Source: Candidatus Nucleicultrix amoebiphila FS5 (GTDB lineage Bacteria > Pseudomonadota > Alphaproteobacteria > Caedimonadales > Nucleicultricaceae). Taken from it: a stretch of DNA of 32,000 nt. The notes below the pieces were generated by a model that had not been told where the DNA came from, searched no databases, and saw only the letters and a list, made by a program, of their open reading frames with translations. Positions 21,193 to 29,021 of the stretch are shown piece after piece. The translations under genes were made by a program, and so were the position numbers. The stretch is taken from NCBI RefSeq assembly GCF_002117145.1, contig NZ_CP008743.1:1678648-1710647 (forward strand). Reading direction: 5' to 3'. Numbering within the stretch: the stretch's first letter is position 1; the number at the start of each line of letters is the position of its first letter.

Positions 21193-22650
21193 ATGAGAAT
21201 TCAAAGACTGTTTCTGATTATTAGCGCTTTCTTATTAATGAAGACAGAAGGTTTTGCTGAGAACAAGGTTTTGGCAGAGAAAGAAGTCATAAAAGAAATT
21301 TCCTCTGAAAAAGTTTTGCCTCCATCTAGAGATCAGTTGCAAATGTCTTTTTCTCCTGTTGTAAAAAAGGTGACGCCTGCTGTTGTGAATATTTATGCAG
21401 CTAAAATGGTGCGTTCACGAACATCACCTTTTCTAGAAGATCCTATATTTAGACATTTTTTTGGGGACATCATCCCTGAAGAGCAACCCCATGCGCGCAT
21501 TCAAAAATCTCTAGGTTCAGGTGTTATCGTTCGTAATGATGGCTTGGTGATTACGAATTTACATGTGGTCAATGAAGCAGAGGAAGTCAAAGTTGTATTG
21601 AATGATGGTCGTGAGTTTGAAGCAGATATTATCGTTAAAGACCAGAGGACGGATGTTGCAGCTTTAAAATTGCGGAGGAAAGATAAAAAAGAATTGCCAC
21701 ATTTGGACATTAGAGATGCGGATGAGCTTGAAGTGGGAGATGTTGTCCTTGCTGTGGGGAATCCTTTTGGTCTTGGACAAACTGTCACCATGGGGATTGT
21801 GTCAGGGTTAGCGAGAACACAAGTGGGGATAGATGATTTTCGTTCTCTGATTCAAACTGATGCAGCGATTAATCCAGGAAACTCAGGGGGTCCTTTAGTG
21901 ACTTTAGATGGAAAGGTTGTGGGGATTAATACGGCTATTTTCTCTAACTCAGGAGGATCAATTGGCATAGGCTTTGCCATTCCATCTAATTTGTTAGTTC
22001 CTATTATTGCAAGCGCAGATCATGGTGGAAAGATAAAGCGTGTTTGGGCAGGCATAACGATGCAAAACGTTGATCAAGAGATTGCAAAAGCGCTCGGTCT
22101 TGAAAAAATTTCAGGAATTATTGTGAAAGCAGTGTTTGATAATAGCCCTGCAAAAAAAGCTGGTATAGAAGTGGGCGATTTAATCCTTGAACTGAATGGT
22201 CATGAAGTTAAGAATGAAACAGCTTTTCGTTTTCGTATAGCCTCTATTAAGGAGGGTTCGAGCGTAAAAGTTAAACTGCAACGTAAGGGGATCGTTTTAG
22301 AAAAAGATTTAATTCTTGAAACTCCTCCAGATTTTGACGGGAATAAGCAAGTGCGTCTTGTTGGTCGTCATCCTCTTTCAGGGGCAGTAGTCATAGGACT
22401 TTCACCAGCTGTTGCGAGTGAGCTTGGAATGGGGTTTGGTGGTGGAGGCGTAGTAATTCTTTCAGTAACTGCGGGCTCGCCTGCAAGCTTTGCAGGTTTT
22501 ATGCCTGGAGATGTAGTTCTTAAAATTAATGATGCTGAAATAAAAACCGTTGGGGATATTGAACAAAACTTGAAACGTTCTAAACGTGGATGGATTATTG
22601 TTTCTCGACGTGGCGAGAGTGTACGGAGGTTAATTGTCGAAAACGGATAG
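21193..22650 (+). CDS. Periplasmic serine endoprotease, HtrA/DegP/DegQ family
   Basis: The track ORF starts at TTG 21178. ATG 21193 follows GAGG and gives the signal peptide MRIQRLFLIISAFLLMKTEGFA. Catalytic triad contexts are TNLHVV, RTDVAALK and GNSGGPL, followed by two PDZ-like regions. Confidence 0.93.
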   Translation: MRIQRLFLIISAFLLMKTEGFAENKVLAEKEVIKEISSEKVLPPSRDQLQMSFSPVVKKVTPAVVNIYAAKMVRSRTSPFLEDPIFRHFFGDIIPEEQPHARIQKSLGSGVIVRNDGLVITNLHVVNEAEEVKVVLNDGREFEADIIVKDQRTDVAALKLRRKDKKELPHLDIRDADELEVGDVVLAVGNPFGLGQTVTMGIVSGLARTQVGIDDFRSLIQTDAAINPGNSGGPLVTLDGKVVGINTAIFSNSGGSIGIGFAIPSNLLVPIIASADHGGKIKRVWAGITMQNVDQEIAKALGLEKISGIIVKAVFDNSPAKKAGIEVGDLILELNGHEVKNETAFRFRIASIKEGSSVKVKLQRKGIVLEKDLILETPPDFDGNKQVRLVGRHPLSGAVVIGLSPAVASELGMGFGGGGVVILSVTAGSPASFAGFMPGDVVLKINDAEIKTVGDIEQNLKRSKRGWIIVSRRGESVRRLIVENG

Positions 22651-23932
22651 TTTATTTGGCAAATTGGCACCACAACCCCTTGCTGATCTTTTGCGTCCTA
22701 AAACGCTTGAGGAAATCATTGGGCAAGGTCACCTATTGAATCCTGATAAGCCATTTAGGACTATGTTAGAAAGAGGAGAAACTCAGTCTCTAATTTTTTG
22801 GGGGCCTCCTGGATGTGGAAAAACGACTCTGGCACAAGTTATTGCTAATTATATAAATATGCATTTTGAATGCGTGCCTGCGACCCTTGGAGGGGTGGCT
22901 GATTTAAGAGTGGTTTTTGACAACGCGAAAAAGCGTCGAAGTATGGGGCAAGGGACGCTCCTTTTTGTTGATGAAATTCATCGTTTTAATCGTGCTCAGC
23001 AGGATGTGCTTCTGCCCCATATCGAAGATGGTACCATTATCCTTGTAGGTGCAACGACTGAAAATCCATCTTTTGAACTTAATGCAGCTTTGCTTTCACG
23101 TATGCAAGTTTTGACTCTTGAAAGACTTTCTTTAGACGATTTGAAAAAACTTTTAAAGCGCGCTGAATCTCTGCTTGGAAAGACATTACCTTTAGATGAT
23201 GAAGGTAGAACAGTCATTTGTCACATGGCAGATGGAGATGGTCGTTATTTGCTTAACATGGCTGAGATTCTTTTTAATGCTCGTTCTCACACTCCGTTAA
23301 CCTATGGAGAAATTTCGGAATATTTGCAAAAACGCACACCCATTTACGATAAAAGACAAGATGCTCACTATAACTTAATTAGTGCTCTTCACAAATCGTT
23401 ACGAGGCTCAGATGTGAACGCAGCTCTATACTGGCTAGCGCGAATGTTAGCTGCCGGAGAAGAGCCACTCTATATTCTGAGGCGTCTTGTGAGATTTGCT
23501 TCGGAAGATATTGGTCTTGCGGATCCTCAAGCATTAGTTCAAACGATTGCTGCAAAAGATGCTTACGAATTTTTGGGGTCACCGGAAGGCGAGCTGGCTA
23601 TTGTTCAAGCCGTTGTATATTTAGCGACATCTCCTAAATCCAATGCGGCGTACATTGCGCAGAATAAATCTTTGAAGGTAGCAAAAGAAGCTGGATCATT
23701 GATGCCTCCTAAACATATTCTCAATGCACCTACAAAACTCATGAAAGATCAAGGGTATGGAAAGAATTACCTCTATGATCATAATGAGGCGGAAGGATTT
23801 TCTGGTCAGAATTATTTCCCTGAAAAGTTGCCAAGAATAGAATTTTATCAACCAATTGAAATTGGTTTTGAGAGGGAAATAAAGAAACGTCTAGATTATT
23901 GGCAAAAACTTCGTGAAAAAAAGAGCATATAG
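22634..23932 (+). CDS. rarA: Replication-associated recombination protein A (MgsA/RarA AAA+ ATPase)
   Basis: 432 aa with Walker A GPPGCGKTT and Walker B LLFVDEIHRFN. MgsA C-terminal motifs are present (YDKRQDAHYNLISALHKSLRGSD, ALYWLARML). The TTG start, 4 nt after GGAGG, overlaps the protease gene by 17 nt. The start codon is uncertain. Confidence 0.9.
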   Translation: MSKTDSLFGKLAPQPLADLLRPKTLEEIIGQGHLLNPDKPFRTMLERGETQSLIFWGPPGCGKTTLAQVIANYINMHFECVPATLGGVADLRVVFDNAKKRRSMGQGTLLFVDEIHRFNRAQQDVLLPHIEDGTIILVGATTENPSFELNAALLSRMQVLTLERLSLDDLKKLLKRAESLLGKTLPLDDEGRTVICHMADGDGRYLLNMAEILFNARSHTPLTYGEISEYLQKRTPIYDKRQDAHYNLISALHKSLRGSDVNAALYWLARMLAAGEEPLYILRRLVRFASEDIGLADPQALVQTIAAKDAYEFLGSPEGELAIVQAVVYLATSPKSNAAYIAQNKSLKVAKEAGSLMPPKHILNAPTKLMKDQGYGKNYLYDHNEAEGFSGQNYFPEKLPRIEFYQPIEIGFEREIKKRLDYWQKLREKKSI

Positions 23933-23950
23933 AGTCTCCTCTATATTTTA
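23927..23950 (+). terminator. Weak hairpin at the rarA stop (possible terminator)
   Basis: ATATAGAG-tctc-CTCTATAT (8-bp AT-rich stem containing the TAG stop), followed by TTTA. The short U-tract makes it marginal. Confidence 0.3.
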
Positions 23951-24102
23951 CCGTGAATTTTTAGTAGTTCCACAAGATATGATATAAATATTTTTTATGC
24001 AAAACAATCATACATATTAAAAATTGATATATGATTTTTTAGTGATAATTCGATCAAACTCAATCATTTATGCCGCTTTTGAAAGATTAAAAAAGACAAT
24101 TT

Positions 24103-24139
24103 GTCAATTATTGACCTTATCTACATTAAAATTTAAAAT
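24103..24139 (+). promoter_or_regulatory. Candidate promoter with overlapping palindrome upstream of the LysR gene
   Basis: TTGACC (24111-24116), 17-nt spacer, TAAAAT (24134-24139). The -35 lies inside the palindrome GTCAAT-T-ATTGAC (24103-24115), a possible autoregulatory operator. Confidence 0.35.
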
Positions 24140-24162
24140 TTCAGTAGGATTAAATAATTCTA

Positions 24163-25095
24163 ATGAAGTGGGGGCCAATGAGATCAAAACTTAATATAGA
24201 TAAACTCAGGACATTCTATCTTATTGTTAAGCAAGGGTCAGTAAAGCAAGCTGCTGAATATCAAGGAATGTCAATTTCGGGTCTAACGCGTCAAATTGCT
24301 GCTTTAGAAGAAGAAATAGGACATAAACTTTTTCGTAATGTTCATCAAAGGTTGGTGCTTACGCCTAAAGGTGAGCTGCTATATGAACGTGTGGGAAAAA
24401 TTTTGAGTGAGATTGATTCTGCTGTAAAGTATCTCGATGAAGATGATTCAGAAGTCAATGGCAATCTTACACTGTCCACAACTAATTCTATCTCTGTATT
24501 GTGGTTGATGGATGATTTAGCTGATTTTCTTAAAGCGCATCCTCAGCTAAAACTCACTGTCCTAGGCAGTGATTTTGCTCATGACTTGTCAATTAGGGAA
24601 GCGGATGTTGCTATTAGACCTTATATTTCTGACTTGGCTGGATTATGCCAAGACTATCTATTGACTTATCGTTTAAATTTATATGCTTCTGAATTTTATA
24701 TAAAGCAGTTTGGACTACCAAAGAATATTCAAGAACTCGAAAAACACCAACTTGTTGGTTATACGAACAACGAACAAAATAACTTTTGCAATTTTAACTG
24801 GCATCTGAAGCTTTTGAAAAATAAAGTGAAACCCTACATTTCAATTAATACAGGCGCTGGAATTTTACGTGCTGTTGAGAATGGTCTTGGAATAGGGCCA
24901 ATTTCACAACAAGGTGAAAAAAATAGTCGAGTTCCTTTGGTACGTGTATTGCCAGATATACAAGGGTCGGATGTTGATATTTACTTCTCATATCCTGAAG
25001 ATCTAATGTTTTCGAGACGTGTTCTGGCTTTAAAGGACTATCTTCAAAAACGTTTTCAAAAGCAAGAATTTTTGAAAACAAGAAAAGCAGGATAA
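24163..25095 (+). CDS. LysR-family transcriptional regulator
   Basis: 310 aa with an N-terminal wHTH (LRTFYLIVKQGSVKQAAEYQGMSISGLTRQIAALEEEIGHKLF) and a ~200-aa effector-binding domain. An alternative ATG lies at 24178. Confidence 0.9.
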   Translation: MKWGPMRSKLNIDKLRTFYLIVKQGSVKQAAEYQGMSISGLTRQIAALEEEIGHKLFRNVHQRLVLTPKGELLYERVGKILSEIDSAVKYLDEDDSEVNGNLTLSTTNSISVLWLMDDLADFLKAHPQLKLTVLGSDFAHDLSIREADVAIRPYISDLAGLCQDYLLTYRLNLYASEFYIKQFGLPKNIQELEKHQLVGYTNNEQNNFCNFNWHLKLLKNKVKPYISINTGAGILRAVENGLGIGPISQQGEKNSRVPLVRVLPDIQGSDVDIYFSYPEDLMFSRRVLALKDYLQKRFQKQEFLKTRKAG

Positions 25096-25148
25096 TTTTT
25101 AAGTCTGCAGTTTTTCCTTCTTAACGAAGAGAAAGATCTATAACACTA

Positions 25149-25982
25149 TTGATCTTAAATCGTGACCAGTGTAGCTTGAAAAAAACAAGACACATAAGGG
25201 ACGCAGTGGAGACAGAAGATTTATCTGAAGGAAAAATAATTGCTCTTATCGGAGGAATGGGACCAGAATCAAGTTTAAGACTTCATTCTGAAATTCTTCA
25301 GCAAACTCCAAAATTTAAAACTTTGAAAACTGATCAAGATCATATTGATCTTATTCATTTCTCTTTAAGTCAAGGTTTAGAAGATAGAACACAGTTTCTC
25401 TTAAATAAGACAGAAAAAAACCCCGCTGATGTTGTTTATAAAACGCTCGTTGGTCTTCACCAACTCTCTCTTTATCTACATAAAAAAATTATTGCTGCTG
25501 TTGTTTGTAATACATTTCATGCCCCGCCCATTTTTGATCATTTGAAAAAATTATTTCTCGAAAGCAATTTTCAACACATCACTTTGCTCAATCTTATTGA
25601 AGAAGTGGCGTCCTATCTAAGGGAAAATTTTAAAAATGATACTAAAATAGGCATCCTTTCAACAACTGGAGAAAGAACCTTTCACATCTATAAGAGTGCT
25701 CTTGAACCGCTCGGTTTTCAAGTTATTCAAACGAATGAAGAGCAGCAAAAAGAACTTCATCGGATTATTTATGAGTTGAAGGTTTCTTTGAAGATTAATG
25801 ACTCCATCCTTGAGGTTTTTGATAAAATCATTCATTATTTTAAGGATATGGGAGTAGAAGCTCTCCTCCTGGGATGTACGGAAATATCTTTGGTGGCAGA
25901 GAAAATAGATTGGAATGGGAAAAAGATAGATCCCCTACAAATAATTGCTGGCCGTCTCATAACCCGAGCTATTGAGAAATAA
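25149..25982 (+). CDS. Aspartate/glutamate racemase-family enzyme
   Basis: GGMGPESS near the N-terminus, and both catalytic-Cys motifs of the Asp/Glu/hydantoin racemase fold (VVCNTFH and LLGCTE). There is no ATG before the conserved core. Possible starts are TTG 25149, TTG 25176 or GTG 25206, the last preceded by AAGGGA. Confidence 0.8.
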   Translation: MILNRDQCSLKKTRHIRDAVETEDLSEGKIIALIGGMGPESSLRLHSEILQQTPKFKTLKTDQDHIDLIHFSLSQGLEDRTQFLLNKTEKNPADVVYKTLVGLHQLSLYLHKKIIAAVVCNTFHAPPIFDHLKKLFLESNFQHITLLNLIEEVASYLRENFKNDTKIGILSTTGERTFHIYKSALEPLGFQVIQTNEEQQKELHRIIYELKVSLKINDSILEVFDKIIHYFKDMGVEALLLGCTEISLVAEKIDWNGKKIDPLQIIAGRLITRAIEK

Positions 25983-25985
25983 AAA

Positions 25986-26840
25986 ATGAAAACGTTTAAA
26001 CTCTTTATTTTGCTCTTGGTCATTACTTTCTTGAATGAGAGTGCATATTGCCAAGAAATTTCAGGGACTCAAGCAATAATAAAGAAGGGCGTCCTTGATG
26101 TAGCCATGCATGAAAAAGATCAGCCGCCTTTTTTTATGGTAGATAAAGATGGCACGTTAATAGGCGTGGATGTTGAAATTGCCAAGAAAATAGGTGAATC
26201 TTTAGGCGTAGAAGTAAGGTTCAATAGAGATTCAAAAACTTTTGATGAGGTGATTGAAAAAGTTAAGAATAAAGAAGCGGATCTGGGGATTTCTAAGTTA
26301 AGTTTTACCTTATTACGTGCAAGAAGTGTTCTATATACCGACCCTTATATGGTCCTTAGGAAAGCGCTACTCATTAATCGTCTGGTGTTTGCTAAAATTA
26401 AAGCCACACGTTCTGCTGATACTTTGCGTCAGCTCATGAATGAAAAAAGCAGTGTTATTGGTGTTATTGACAAAAGCTCCTATGTCACTTTTGCCCATGA
26501 CTATTTCCCAGACACGACTATCGTACCTATGGCAACCTGGGAAAACGACATTTTGAAATCTTTAGAAGAAGGAAAAATTCTAGCAGCGTTTCGTGATGAA
26601 TCAGAAGTTATGAAGTATTTCTTTTTAAAGCCTGAAGCGAATTTCACAATCATGCCTGTTATTTTGAAAAATAATAATGACCCCATTCACATGGTGGTTG
26701 CACCAGATAATTTTCATTTTAAGGATTGGCTTGATGGTTTTCTAATCACTCTACATCAAGAATTAACCGTATCATCTATTCTTAGTAAATATGAAAGTTA
26801 TTTTGAGTATAAAAACGAAAATAAACCTGTCAATAAATAG
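25986..26840 (+). CDS. Periplasmic solute-binding protein, family 3 (polar amino-acid type), no cognate ABC genes nearby
   Basis: 284 aa with signal peptide MKTFKLFILLLVITFLNESAYC. SBP_bac_3-like N-lobe (GVLDVAMHEKDQPPFFMVDKDGTLIGVDVEIAKKIGESLGVEV.F). It starts 3 nt after the racemase stop. Confidence 0.75.
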   Translation: MKTFKLFILLLVITFLNESAYCQEISGTQAIIKKGVLDVAMHEKDQPPFFMVDKDGTLIGVDVEIAKKIGESLGVEVRFNRDSKTFDEVIEKVKNKEADLGISKLSFTLLRARSVLYTDPYMVLRKALLINRLVFAKIKATRSADTLRQLMNEKSSVIGVIDKSSYVTFAHDYFPDTTIVPMATWENDILKSLEEGKILAAFRDESEVMKYFFLKPEANFTIMPVILKNNNDPIHMVVAPDNFHFKDWLDGFLITLHQELTVSSILSKYESYFEYKNENKPVNK

Positions 26841-26852
26841 GGAGAGGCTGAT

Positions 26853-29003
26853 ATGTGGTTGTTGAACCATTGGCGATCAAGAAGGCTTTATGTTGATATC
26901 GTCGCTAGCTTTTTCCTATTATTGCTTATTACTTGCGCGGCTATAAGCTGGTATACGTATCAGAACAACTCTTCAGCATTAATTAATATAGCTGATGATC
27001 TTATTCTCCAAACGAGTCGTGCTTCCATCGATAAAACAATTGATTATTTAGAACAATCCCGCACCCTAACAGAGCTGGGCACTCAACTCATTACCAGTTC
27101 AAAAGACTTAAATGTTGAGAATAAGCAACTTTTAAGTTTTATGAAGTGGGGGATGCGTTCTTATTCTTTTATTGCCTCTCTCTATATAGGGACGGAAGAC
27201 GGAAAGTTTTTACAAGTGAGGCGTTTACCTCCCAACGCTACCTATCGAGCTGATCCTGCCCAATTGTTACCAGGCGGAAGCTATTATGCCATTCGCTTTG
27301 TTGACCGTTCTACGAAAGGCGCAGAAACTGAAGTTTGGTCATATGTTGATCAAGAAGGAAAAACTTTAGATACCGAAACTTTGAACAAGGTTATGTATGA
27401 CCATAGGGGGCGCGATTGGTATCAAAATGTGAACCAAAGTCGCTCATTTAAATGGAGTGACATTTATGTGTTTAATAGTAGTCAACTGCCAGGATTGACA
27501 GCCGCCAATCCTATTTTTAGTGGCAACCAATTCATGGGAGTTATGGCTGCTGATATCGAAATTGCTGTTCTTTCAGGGTTTTTGCGTGATTCAAAAATTG
27601 GCAAATATGGCAAGGCCTTTATTGTGAGTAGTAAGGGAGAAATCATTGCCCACTCACACCTTGAGAATACTTCTATCGTTGAAGGTAATAAAATTCGTAT
27701 GGTTTTAGTCAACGATCTGAAAGATATGACTTTAAAAATGGCTTTCAAAGAACACGTGAATAACAAAAAAGATAAATTTGTTTTCCAATATGAAGGAAAT
27801 GATTATCTGGCCTATTTTATGGCTTTTCCTGGATCGTTTAATAAAAATTGGGGGATTGGGGTTGTAGCTCCCGTGGATGCTTTTATAGGGACTGCAAAGG
27901 CGACTAACTATCGAATTCTCTTGATGTCTATCATTATTCTTATTGTCTCTTCATTAGTTGTTTTACTCATAGCTATGAGAATTGCTAAACCCATCATGAC
28001 CTTGGCGGAAGAAACTAAGAAAATTAGAAGCTTTGATCTTCAAGGAGACGAAGAAGTTAAATCTAGCATTTTTGAAATCCAAGTTCTTAATGAAGCCATG
28101 GTTGCCATGCGCCAAAGTATGCGGACTTTTTCTAAGTTTATTCCAAAGATTTTGGTCAGCAAACTAATCAAAACTGGACAAGATATGGCCATTGGTGGAA
28201 AGTCACGTAAAGCAACGCTTTTGTTTACTGATGTGGCAAACTTTACGACTTTAAGTGAAAATTATCCGCCCGATAAACTGATTATCCATCTTTCCGAATA
28301 CTTTGAAGAAATCACCCAAATTATTATGCAATCCAATGGTATTATTGATAAATTTATTGGTGATGCGGTGATGGCTTTTTGGGGAGCTCCAACACCTGAT
28401 CGTGCTCAAGCAATCCATGCGTGTGTGGCGGCTTTAAAATTCAAGAAACGCTTGTTGGAACTAAATCGCAAATGGAAATTTGAAGGCAAGCCAGAATTGC
28501 CAACGCGTATTGGTATCCATACAGGGGAAGTGATCATTGGTAACGTAGGATCATCGGATCGTCTGAATTATACCGCTTTGGGAGATTCAGTGAATCTTGC
28601 CTCTCGTCTTGAAGGGGTCAATAAAATGTATGGTACAGAAATCATCATCAGCGAAGAAGTCTATAAAGAGGTGTCTGCTCATGCTCTTGCACGGCCTTTA
28701 GATGTTGTTGCTGTGAAAGGTAAGAATCGCGGTATCAAGATTTATGAATTAATAGGATTGATGGGAGATGATCCCGTCTTGTTACCGACCGAAGAGCAAA
28801 CAGAATTTTGTAAGCTATTTACCAAAGCCTTTCAGGTTTACTTAGAAAAACGTTGGGATGAAGCTATTCGTATCTTTCAGGAAATTGTTACAAAATTTGG
28901 ACAAGATCAAACAGCAGTAATGTATATCAAGAGATGTAAAGAATTTAAAAAGAAAGCGCCTCCCAAAGATTGGGACGGTGTTGTGCATCTCAAATCAAAA
29001 TAA
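26853..29003 (+). CDS. Membrane class III adenylate/guanylate cyclase with periplasmic Cache-like sensor and HAMP domain
   Basis: 716 aa. Order is TM1 (IVASFFLLLLITCAAISWY), a ~300-aa extracytoplasmic domain, TM2 (ILLMSIIILIVSSLVVLLIAM), then a HAMP-like linker. The cyclase core carries ATLLFTDVANFT, KFIGDAVMAFWGAP, RIGIHTGEVIIGNVG and YTALGDSVNLASRLEG, followed by a helical C-terminal tail. Confidence 0.88.
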   Translation: MWLLNHWRSRRLYVDIVASFFLLLLITCAAISWYTYQNNSSALINIADDLILQTSRASIDKTIDYLEQSRTLTELGTQLITSSKDLNVENKQLLSFMKWGMRSYSFIASLYIGTEDGKFLQVRRLPPNATYRADPAQLLPGGSYYAIRFVDRSTKGAETEVWSYVDQEGKTLDTETLNKVMYDHRGRDWYQNVNQSRSFKWSDIYVFNSSQLPGLTAANPIFSGNQFMGVMAADIEIAVLSGFLRDSKIGKYGKAFIVSSKGEIIAHSHLENTSIVEGNKIRMVLVNDLKDMTLKMAFKEHVNNKKDKFVFQYEGNDYLAYFMAFPGSFNKNWGIGVVAPVDAFIGTAKATNYRILLMSIIILIVSSLVVLLIAMRIAKPIMTLAEETKKIRSFDLQGDEEVKSSIFEIQVLNEAMVAMRQSMRTFSKFIPKILVSKLIKTGQDMAIGGKSRKATLLFTDVANFTTLSENYPPDKLIIHLSEYFEEITQIIMQSNGIIDKFIGDAVMAFWGAPTPDRAQAIHACVAALKFKKRLLELNRKWKFEGKPELPTRIGIHTGEVIIGNVGSSDRLNYTALGDSVNLASRLEGVNKMYGTEIIISEEVYKEVSAHALARPLDVVAVKGKNRGIKIYELIGLMGDDPVLLPTEEQTEFCKLFTKAFQVYLEKRWDEAIRIFQEIVTKFGQDQTAVMYIKRCKEFKKKAPPKDWDGVVHLKSK

Positions 29004-29021
29004 GAAGCCCTAGGGAGCATC

